Below are positions 45,179-56,843 of a stretch of DNA of 64,000 bases, one piece after another. The translations under genes were made by a program, and so were the position numbers. Origin of the DNA: Trichinella spiralis (lineage: Eukaryota); the NCBI RefSeq assembly GCF_000181795.1, contig NW_003526941.1:62001-126000 (forward strand), in the 5' to 3' direction. A model generated the notes under the pieces. The model did not search any database. It was given only the letters and a program-made list of their open reading frames with translations, and was not told where the DNA came from. The first letter of the stretch is position 1. Each line of letters begins with the position of its first letter.

Positions 45179-47799
45179 ATTAGCAAATTACAAAACTGCA
45201 AGACTTCCTGAACAAAAAGAATTCATAATTACTCATCAAAAACTTTCACATTAAACATAACAGTGCATAACTGAACTTTAACGGCTGTTTAATTTTATAA
45301 AATGTAAAAATGTGATAATAATTCTAAAAATGCTCTAATTGAAATAAACGTTCCATGCGGCAAAAGCACTCATATAGAATAGAATTAAATAAAAAACATT
45401 TAATAAGCTGAATTAAAATCAAATCAATCCCCTTGAAAAATTGAAATGATTGATTAAGAAAAACATCCACTTTTTGAATTAAAAATGATATTAAAATTTC
45501 AAAACATATTTAAATAAAATAAATAAGTATAAATTATCAAAAATATTTAACAGCATAAATCGCATAAGTGAATAATAAAATCAATGATCAAAATATCAAC
45601 AGTAACATCAAACTTCAGGATAAAAAACATTGTGTGCCTATATGCATATATTACATATGAATATGCAAAACAGTGAGAAAAATTTTCAAACCTACTACAG
45701 TATGATCATCACAATTTTCATTAAATATGACAACACCTGTACAGAAACAAAATTGCACAATAGAAAGTGTCCATTTAGCAGATTTGCAAAGATATTTTTT
45801 AAAGTTTAAGTAAATTAACAAAATAAAAAAAAGCAATAAATGAAAATAAGTAAACGTTTTACTGATAAAAAGCAGCACAGTATTGAAGTGCAACCGAATC
45901 AAATAATGGCCACTTCGTCTTTTGGCCTGTGATCAATTTGATTTGATGTTAGAATTTTATTCGATTCGAACTGAACTCTAGCAAATTTTAAATACGAACA
46001 TCAAAAGCAAAGATAAGTAACGCTAAATGAATTACTAAAAAGTTGTAAAATTCATCCGATCTTGCTCAATAAAGACGATTTCAAATGTTGCACCATTTCA
46101 TTTATTCATTCAGTTTTCAATTCACCCTACTTCGAGTAACAAAACATATGGAAGCCAAAAACAAAGGCCTGCACTCAGCAATTATATATTAATACAAAGC
46201 AATGCACAAACACTGATTATTTATTTAATTCTAATTCTCTCTTCTATTTTTAAAATATTAATTCTTGAATAAACTATCTCATAAAGAACAATTTAAATTT
46301 AAAAGTAAGGAAAAATCTTTTAAAAGCATTTTACCGTTGACCTGATAATGGAAGCATTTTGAAAACAGCAGATATTAAAATTACCCGGCTAAATATTAAA
46401 TTAAACACCAAAAGCATTTACTTGAACAATGAAACAAAACCGCTTCACTTTAACATGTTTTCGGCAACAATGCAGTCATCAGTCAGTTCCACTTCCGCAT
46501 TAATAATAAATTTAATCATCAAATAAAATGAAACAATAAAATGATTAAAGATACAATTCAATTACTACTCAGATGAGCATTCTTTTAAATTCACTTCAAA
46601 AGTTGTAAATTCAAATTCGACAACTGCCGATATTCGAGCTTCTTTTTAACATAAATGAAACAACAAATAAATGTCAATCTACGTTTTGTAATATTGATTA
46701 TAAAGCAATTTCACCTCCCTTTGTATATATGGCGGAAAAATGTTTGATGAATCATCACACCGCAAAAGCGTTCATCCATGAATTATTACATTACCAAATC
46801 ACAATGCAATCTGAATATCAAAATTGTAAAATTGCAACTATTCATCAAAATCAATTTTTTCTTCAATGGCCAAATCATATAACAAAAATGTACTGAAAAT
46901 CTCAATTTATATTAAATTTCCATTCCATGGAAAAATTTTCAAATATATAAGAAAGAATACGTTGATGATGGTTTATTACTTCAAAATTAGAAAAAGCTAT
47001 ATTTAAAAATAAATGTGCAATGACAAAAGTGAAATTCTTGAAATGGTAAAACCATACTCCGAATAATTATCATTATGTGTATTTTAAATAATTATGACAA
47101 AGAAACATTCTCAAACAGATCTTACTATTCATTCACCTTTGCATATAGTCAGATTTATAAAAACCCAACATAATGAAGCAGTGGCAGATAATGGGCGATT
47201 TTGCAGGTGTTAGCAGAGATTCATCCAAGTAAATGAACGGTCAGCTTATTTTACAAACCTTTCAACTGTTAAACAATCAAAATAAAAAAAAGTATAGACT
47301 TTCGAGTTTCGTTTTTTAATTAGGCTTCACTCTTATCTTCAAAATTAAATCAACAAACAAGTGGAAAAGCACATACATAAATTTTAATTTACATTAAAAG
47401 AAGAAATTGAAATCTGTGAAGAATACACAGTCTAACACAAATAAATAAACGCAAACGAATGTTATATCGAAATATGCACATATTTTGAAAATTAAATGTA
47501 GACATTCAAAAAACAGCAGAATAATTTACAGTTAAAAAATAAACAAATAATGCAATATTTTAAAATCAGAATCAAACAACTTACCTAATCAGCTATTATA
47601 GATTTTTAAGTTCAAGCGAAAGTATGAAAATACAGTACCTTAGTTGACAAGTAAGTATTAAAAAATTTTAAGGTCAAACAATTTTTATTAACACAGCATT
47701 CTTAAAGGAAACATTTAATTAAAAATAAATTGTGCATCTTTCACCGGAAATCACACAGATTATTTATAAAGTAATCATTTAATATAAAATGCTTCTTCA

Positions 47800-49590
47800 A
47801 TAGCTAGTCTGAGAGCACTCTGTTAACTATCCAGCAAAAAGAGCACTGCTGTTTGTATGGAGTTGACTAAAAATTCGTCACATAAACATGGAATTTATGA
47901 ATGGAATTTCTGAGAAAACTCTGAGGCGCGACTCAACAAAAGGTCAGCAAACAGAACTTACGTGTAGGACATTGATGACCTCACATTAACTCGCTTTGAA
48001 CCCATATTAAAGTCATTAAAGTATCATTCCAAAACCTTGCTTTTCGACCTTGCCACATTGCGGTCCACTATCTCACATGTTATCCTCCAGATTTCACCAG
48101 ATGACCGGCGTAGTTGATGAGCAACTTCACATTCAGTGCGAAGTAATCCATGTTCTTGCGAATTTCTTCCACCACACCGATTGTTTCGAGCTGGTTCTGT
48201 TCCACATGCGTGCGGACCGTGTGGATTATCAGAAAAGATGAAAATGTAAAATACTCTTCAGATACGACCATCGAAACCAAATTGCGCATACATGGCAGAC
48301 GTCCCTGCCTGCTTCATGTAGTGAAATCGGAAAATACAGTTTGCCCATGTCTGTCTGGACACTGATGCGGAAATGCTGAAACCAGACTGAAATCAGTTGG
48401 ACTATTCAGGCTAATCTGTCGAAAACCATCTGACATTTCCGTGATCTTTGTGCTATTTGGTAGACGGCGTTATGCGGCGACAGCTCGCCCGCCCCGGGGT
48501 GCCTTTCATGTCATTCATATTCTACTCCAAAATGCTTTCCATAGAATAATGATCGTCTTCAACTGTTCGAGAGTCAGTGCTCCAACGCTAGCCACTGATG
48601 TCTAGCCTTTTTGAAGTTGTTCAGGGCATTGGACCCACGTCAGTAGTATTCCATGGAAGCCTGATTTCACGCCTTCTAATGCCGCGGAACCTTACAACCG
48701 CTCTTAAGCGGGGTATGCAAACGTTCCTGCTTTTGGCCTAATGTCAAGTCAGTCCTTCTCGACACTAATGTAAAGAGCGTACAGTTTCCCAGCTGTGCTC
48801 ATAAACGACATAACTCAATTTGGAGCTGATTGTCACTGGCTGTGGTCGCATTTTTCAAGAATCAGCCTGCCAAGGAAAGATCTAACCGAATAGTAGTCGA
48901 ACGGAACCGTATCGAAAGGGCAGCAAGTCTCTACCACGCACAGAACATCGATGAGAACCTTCGTACCCTGGCGACGATGGTCTCAGATCAGATCTAACCA
49001 AATTTTCACTGATCGAAATTTTTTACCGCTGTTTAACCGCTTCAGCCAACGGTTTCCAGCTATTTTTCTTCAAAAAGACTCTTCAAACCGGCAGCACTGC
49101 TGACGAAATAATTTCAGATTAAGATTTTCCACTCACAGCCACTGCTAAACAGACAGTTCACAATCATGGAATTTCCATTCGAGCAGTCTGAAAGAGAATG
49201 GGCCAACTGATATCAATCACGTTGGGGATCTTATTCTCAGTAGTTCGAAGTACGGCGGACAATGAAGTCACAAAGTCAAGAATGTAACGAGTCCACCCTG
49301 GCGACGTCCTATTATGGCGCATTCAGGTATCAGTGGATTGCCCTGTTTCACCGGTGGCGTTGTAATCTCCAGGGAAAGGCAATTCCAGTACTGCACAGCG
49401 CACATATATGCAAATGATTCCGTTGCACAGCGCATTCAAATGGAAATGAGTTCAAGTTTGCCCATTGCAGCACAAGGAAGGCGCTTTCCTGCCGAAACCG
49501 TAATGAGTTTGGACCGCGGTCAGCCTCCAGGCATTACAGATCCATTAAAGTATATCGAATATACTGTAGTTGTGTCGTATGTTTCGTAAA
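47800..49590 (-). mobile_element. Degenerate BEL/Pao LTR-retrotransposon gag-pol remnant; boundaries approximate
   Basis: GC-richer island. Minus-strand fragments resemble BEL/Pao motifs: PILFQTARM (protease lead-in), HNAVYQ...KCQMVFD (PHHAV..RIVFD) and SSFLIIHTVR...EEIRKNM...LVKSGG (RT region). Many stops and deletions; no LTR pair recognised. Confidence 0.7.
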
Positions 49591-49727
49591 ATTCATTCGT
49601 TATTTTCATAAAAATGACTAAATTTAAAAGTAAATAACATCACACGTCAAAACACAAAACTGTCATATATTTCATTCGTTCATTCACATTCATACATCAG
49701 AGATTCATAGAATATTAAATAAAGTAC

Positions 49728-51658
49728 CTGTGCTGAAATGAAATGTTTCCAACAACTGTATAAATGAAAGCACATCACTTTTTGACAAATTAAAAATTGC
49801 AAGCTGAAATTCTCTGATGATAAAATCTGCGCAACGCGAACGACAGAAGGCATAAATTGTACGTAGAAAAATTTATTTATTTTATTTTACTTATATTTAT
49901 TTTCACAGAGTTGACAAGTTCATCGTCAGCTGAAATCAACTGCACTCGTCGACCATAACTATTTCCTGAATGCATAGTAAATTGACAATTCGACCTGCCT
50001 CCATATGGATAGTATAAGTGCAAATTATAAAGGATCACAAAATCTCCAGGCTAAAACACTTTTTTAAAATAATTTTTCATCATTGAATGCAAATAGTATC
50101 ACCTTCAAAGCCTTCGCAACTGTGCAGTGTTCATCGTACAAAAATACATCGGCAGCAAAATTCTCTGCTTTCAGAGATAGCTCTTCATCCGCAGTAAACC
50201 CATCAATATTTACACTATCCAATTTAAAAGATGTTCTAAAATAAAATTTCAATTCAAAGTATACAAAGAAAATTAAAAAGATAAAACAAAGTTCATAAAT
50301 ATGCATATTTTATAATAGAGTTCAACAAAAAACAGACTTGAGGAATTTTTTAAAGTAAAAAAATAACGACAAAGAAAACCGCATACGCAGGGGAAGAACC
50401 ATCCCAGACTCGAAGAATCCAACCGTTATTCTTTAGTGATGGTCCTGAAGCGACGATCTGAACAATAACGTTGCCATAATTTCCTGCAGAAAATTCATTC
50501 AACGTCTTAAATGATTCCCTGCTGTTTGATACAACAGACGACCGATCTGCCAACTGCTTTGCAAACGTTTTGTACCATTCATGCAATTCTTCTATCTAAC
50601 ACAAAAGTACACAGAAATTTAGAATTTAAATTTCAAAATATAAAATCTATTCATACCATTTCCAGTTCAAACTCAGATTCTGGACAATAACCATGCCAAC
50701 AATTAGCTTTTGACAGTGACTGTTCACAATTTTCACTCCATACATCCACAGAAAAACCAAAACTATCAGTACTGCCATATAAATACAATTCAGTATCACC
50801 ATCACACTAAAAGTAAAAAATGGGCATACTTATTCTTTGCAAAAGAAAAATTCTTTTCAGATATCAAAAATAAAACAATTTGTACCTGAAAATCAATTAT
50901 TATGCATATGCCATAACACAGTCTTGATGAAATTGAAAATTAATTCTTCTACATCAATAATAATTAATATAATTATTTCACGATTATACAAAATGTACAA
51001 AAATGACAACAGCAAGTATTTACAATTGCATACCATCACTTGGAAAAATTATTATTTCTTATTGAAATTCTTTTTATTACATCGAAATTTTAAACAGATT
51101 TAATTTCAGGAATGGAAACGCAAAAATGTCACATAAACAATATTAATATAATTACCCCAATTCGTCGCAGTCGAACAACATTTCCCTTCGAAGCTGTAAA
51201 CTTTCTTGACTCACTCATTGTAATGTAGCACTGAACTGGATTATCCCAGCCAATTTTCCAATCAACGATGCTCATCTTCACTGAAAACCAACCACCTAAA
51301 ATTATGTTCCTTAAACAAAATAAACTTCAACAGCGGAAACGATAAACTAACCTTGCTGCTGTCTGCAAACAAAAGATTTTACCAAGCCAAAAACGTTCAA
51401 ACATCGCGTTTTGTATATATCGCTTAACAAAACATAGCCAACCTAAACAGTACACTATGCAACTGCTAAACCACCAAATGATGTTGCATTATAAAATTGC
51501 TGTAACAAAATTCTGTTTTCAATAGAAAACCATGCATTAAGGAGGAAAAGATACTTTTGATTTAAATGTGCAAATTATTTCACAATGAAGCAAAATCAAC
51601 ATTATAAATAGCATACATCTTGCAGCTTTGCTTCGTTTATTTCGGTCATAAAGTTCAT
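49728..51658 (-). CDS. POT1: Protection of telomeres 1 (POT1)-like protein with tandem OB1 and OB2 folds; 3' end unresolved
   Basis: In-phase exons give VGYVLLSDI...LNVFGLVKSF, VKMSIVD, GNVVRLRRI (OB1), then EELHEWY, VIVQIV, ILRVWDGS, DVFLYDEH, LKPGDFVILYNLH, MHSGNSYGRRVQLI (OB2). Confidence 0.75.
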
Positions 51659-54626
51659 CAAATCGGGCGAATGAGATTTCACTAAAAATACAAAAAGCTA
51701 AAGAAAAGTTCCACGTAGTAATGAATCATTTCTTGCTACATACAGAAAAAAGTTTTTAAAAATTCTTAAATTAAACTTTAAAAATTTCACTTTAAAACAT
51801 ACTACTTTAAATGAAAAAGAATCGTCATTCATTTACATTACAGTACGATTACTACTTAAATTTTTTGAAGTATACTATACGAAAATATAAATAATAAGTT
51901 TAAAAAGCTTTTGCTGAAGTGAACAATCATTCGTACATTTTATGTCATGAGCCAATGGTGTTTTTAATTTAATGATGACTTTTTCAACAAAGAACAAATA
52001 TATATATAAGTGTAACATACAATGCTTATTAACTAAATGGACAATTATATTGTTATCGTAATGACAATCGCAATGTTACAAAAAATAAAACGCATAAATA
52101 TTTAAAGTTCATTACATAAACTAAGCAAACTTTTTGGGTTGAATAGAGCGAAAGCTTTATGATCGACTTTCGCCTCGGTGAATGAATTCACTGTTCAGCA
52201 AGTCAAGCAATGCAGTCACAGCTTCGTTGCACGCACCATCATCCAATCACTTAATTTTTCTAATGATAAAAGCCATATTTGTTCTTTGTCAAAATAAGTG
52301 ACTATTATTGGATTAAAAATAGCACTGCCATATAACCTGAAGTAAAAATATGTGAATATTTACTTCAACAAAACTGTTGAAACTTTTCAATGCCATTCAT
52401 TTCATCATTTACATATGCGAAAAAAAAATCAAACAATTATTCAAAAGAATACCTATAAGTGAATGATCGTTCAATAAAGCAAACAGAACACATGATTTCA
52501 GTGTGCATCATTTGGAAATTAATAAAAAACCAATGCAATCATCAGAAAGTGATTTGCAATTGAATGAAAATATTCAAGAAAAAAACTTTTGAATAAAAGT
52601 AAAACTATGCTGCAAATTGATGCTATTCAACGGCAATATTGATTGTTCATCATTAAATTGAAAAGCATTTTATTAGCAAAGTTGATCCGCATTTTAAGCA
52701 ACAGTGACTAAACAACATTATGCAAATACTAGTAACATTATTTAAATTGATCAAATTGTGTTAATAACATAATTTGATATATTATACGTATAAACTTAAT
52801 AAACAGTAAATGCTTCGCGTGAATTATGATGTCTTTTAAACATTATTTGCATAAATATTCAGTAATTCAAAAAATACAATTTCCTATTTTGAAATACTCG
52901 TATAAAACTTTGAAACTAATAAATCAAAAGAGAATGATTAAAAGAGGCAGAGAAAGAGAGAGAGAGAGAGAGAAAGAGAAAGAAAAAAAGAAAGAAAGAT
53001 GAATGAGGTGGAGAATCAGAAGAATAGACAAAAAAGTGCTTGTCGTACATGAGGATTATGGTATGTGTTCATGCGCTAATTTGTGAACAATCGTATCAAT
53101 ATCGTTGAAAGCTTTGCTCGAAGAAAATCATGTTAACATGTGTTTCTATTTAACGGTAAAGCTGTCAATGACAATAATAATTTTATCAGTTGATTATTAT
53201 TAATAAAACAGCAAGAAAAGAGGATGAAGAAAAGAATGACCAAGGAAAAATAAAAAATAAAGAATGACAAATAGCTCTTGACTTGACTTAGCCACCACCA
53301 CTTGACCGTGACTTAGCGTACAACCGTGAACAGTTTGACTTCGCAGATTTAAACGACATCCGACAATAGTAGTTACAACAGCGGAACAGAATGGATGTGG
53401 GATAGAACAAAAAAGAAAAAAAGAAAGAGAAAAAATGGAGACATGTTTTTTTCCATCATCGACATCCAGTGAATGAAGAATAATGTCCGACTGGGAGAGT
53501 GCTTGACGACTAGCAAAGATTAAATAATCAACATCAAGCCAATTCATATTGTACTTTCAATCTTCTTCACATAAGACGACAAACAATCAATCCATACACA
53601 TCCATTGCATACAGGGCTAGCCATCTGTGTACACTTCTCGCCTGATCCGACTTGTCTGTTACTGATTAGCCGACATCAAAACCATTTGCCTGCGGTGAAT
53701 ACATTCTGGTCAAGTGGTCTCAGCTTCATTTTCCCCATACTCAAAATCAAAAAACCACAAGTATACCTACAAACCACAGTCTTCAAAAGCCAATAATCAC
53801 ACACTGTCTAACAATAAATCATCAATCAACACTATTTCTCTCTCTCTCTCTCTTTTTCTTTGCCCTGCTACATCAATATATATATACATTAAAAAAAACT
53901 TGTCCTTCTCTTCTAAACTTACTTACCATCTCAAATTTTCATTATCTTCTTTGTTTTATCTTTTTCTTTTGTTTCTTCTCTTATATTCAACTTCACATCT
54001 CAACAATACAATCAATGATAATAATTTATGCAAAAATAAACATCTCATCAAACTTCATTTTATTCTCGTCATATTCATCAATAAATTAAATAATAAAACC
54101 ACCTTCGCAAAATGTACAACATAACTTTATTATTATTATTATTATTTAGCTATTACTTTACATTTATTTAGTTATTTATTATAAAAAATTACAATCTTCC
54201 AAAAAATTTCATTGCATTTATTTTATTTTCATACAATACTACTTTATACAAGTTGTCATTAAATTTATTCTAATTCTACAGAAAATAAATACTGATACGA
54301 TTCTAAATTATTACACTTTCGAATTATACGAATAAGAAAACAAAAAAAGTTGTTTTTAAAAGAACAGAAAATTGTACTGTTAATTTTTCTGCTTAAACAT
54401 AAATTAAAAAGAAAATAAATAGCTCATTATAAAAAGATATATTGTTACTCTTTTTTAAGCCAATCATCTTCTTACTTGGATATTATTGTCCACATGAATT
54501 GGCTGAGACGATAGATGATTGGTCCATTTTCACTGGTGACCGTTCAGAATAGAAATAAAAGTGTCCCGATGATCATTTTCATGACAAAAAGTTAAAAGTA
54601 ATTCACTTGTAAAGGAAAAGTGATCG

Positions 54627-55451
54627 ATGAGTGAAGAAGCTCAATCTCAATCGTTGCAAGTTACGAATACCAACGCAGACGAGCAACAAAGTGAACGCAG
54701 CACTTCATCAATGAATTCCGAATATCTTGAACCTTACATCAGAAAGCGCTGTCGCACAAAAAATTCACAAAAGCATACAAAAGATGATAATAATAATGAC
54801 GACGATGATGAACTGCAGGTAAATTAAACTGTTGATTAACAGAAATAATTTCCGCTAAAAATTATTCGTATAAATATTGCCACAATTCGTTATTTCACTG
54901 AATTTTTGCTTATTAACGCATTATTATTACAGGATAGTCGAATACGTATAAACAGTCGAGAGAGGAAGCGTATGCATGATTTGAATCGAGCAATGGAAGC
55001 GTTGCGTCAAGTGATGCCCCTCAGTCAAGGTCCAACAGTGAGAAAACTTTCCAAAATTTCAACCTTGCTCTTGGCACGCAATTACATCATCACGCTAAAT
55101 CAAGCATTGGAACAAGCTCGCAAAATGGCCATCATACAGTTCCAGTCCACACAACACTGCACCAATACGTCGTCACCTCCAACAGTGCTTGCATTGCACG
55201 GCTTACCTTCAATTATGTCCCAACAACAACAGTCGTGCACAATTCCCGTGCAATTGGAAAAATTACAAAATCAATTGCATGCATCAAGTAATAATATGAA
55301 TATTGCCAATAGCAATAACTTGTGGCCGTCGTTGCTTCTTACAAATAATTTGCCTGCATCAAATTGGCTTCCTATATTCCAACCAACAAAAGGAACATTG
55401 AACACAGAACTATCATCCTCAACTTCCACCCCGTGTTATCATCACTTTTAA
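54627..55451 (+). CDS. Olig/Beta3-family bHLH transcription factor, two exons (54627-54818, 54933-55451)
   Basis: [50 protein letters not shown] closely resembles the Olig bHLH; GT-AG intron in phase 0. Confidence 0.9.
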
Positions 55452-56584
55452 CTATTTTTGTTTATTCTTTCACTTTTCATTATTGTCGTTGTTGTTGTTG
55501 TTGTTATGCTGTTGAATAAGCAATAAAAAACACTTTACAACAGCAGTCAGTGTACATAATAGATAATATGGGAAGATTATAGAATGGAATCGATGAAAAA
55601 ATTACATTTTTCCTCCTCATCCAGCACAACAGCTCCAAATGTGCCCAATGTAGAGCAATCAATTTCGAACAGTTTTGAACAATGCAATGCACCGGTCAGA
55701 GGCGTTGATAAGAAAGCCAATTTCCAAATTGGCAAGCTTGTGCGAGCAAAAGGTCGGATGGTCGGTTCATTAAGTGAACAATAAGCGGTATCGTTGTCGT
55801 TTGAATACGACCAGCTGTCGACGATGCTGACCGCACAGTGGGCAGTCTCCTTATTTCTCTTCTTCTCCTTCTTTGGCCAGTGTATGTCGCTGTCTTGGAC
55901 GGTTGTTTGAAAACGAATCGAAGAACAAACCTCCACACTGTGTTGAATGACACTTGGCACTTCACACCAGCTAATGAGAACATTGGCGCGCAATTTTCTC
56001 TCTTCCTCCCCACCACCCCCCCACTATCCCACCATCTTCCTCCTTCCCCCACTCCCCCCCTACCAAATTTTCCAAGTGGTTTTCCACTGCCAAACCAGGC
56101 CAGGGTCGTGGAAAAAAAGTCCACACGACAACAGTGAAGGCAAAGCGAACATATGCTTCAATAAATGAGATCAGTTTACAAGCCAGATGGGTGTGCAGAC
56201 TGTATTTTGAAAAGTTGAAAATTCACAGGTAATATGATAGAAATTCACCACCAATCCGAAACAAAAAAAATACAAACAAACTGTACGAGTAGAAGAATAA
56301 ATATTCCCTTGAAAATAAAAAAAAATTCACACCCATGCATTGAAATATGCTGCTGCTGAGCTGTATGCTTTGTTCGTTTGTTACATTTTGTGTTTGAATT
56401 TCAACTGTCACAAAATGAAACAAAATACAAGAAAGAAAAAAGATACATTTTCATTTCTGCAATCACTACTGAAAACACAAATAAAAACGACAACTGCTTA
56501 ACTGATTCAGTATAATTTTTTAAATTGAAAATCCCATAACCCAAAACAGATTGTATATGTATATATATATATGATAACTATTCT

Positions 56585-56615
<31 letters not shown>

Positions 56616-56843
56616 AGAAAAGGTTGTACTACATGCCACATAAATAATAATTATTTATGATGGATGCAATTCGCACAAGCCATTTCCAAACCATAGGTGC
56701 ATCTTTTGATACTACATCAATAAATAGGTAGATGTGTTGGTGATATACGCTTTTCCAAATTGAACCTCGAAACCGAAATGCCTCTACAAAATTTAACCTA
56801 TTTACAAGATAGCAGCATTGAAAAGTGCAACTATTTTACCATT

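Noticed and set aside
48966..49306. Repeated ACCCTGGCGACG as possible LTR or primer-binding-site marks
   Set aside because: Only about 12 bp shared, with no flanking LTR pair or target-site duplication identified
49314..49589. 91-aa plus-strand ORF
   Set aside because: Lies antisense within the decayed BEL/Pao remnant
53714..54124. 136-aa ORF and similar Phe/Ile/Leu-rich short ORFs across the window
   Set aside because: Low-complexity AT-rich or microsatellite translations without coding signatures
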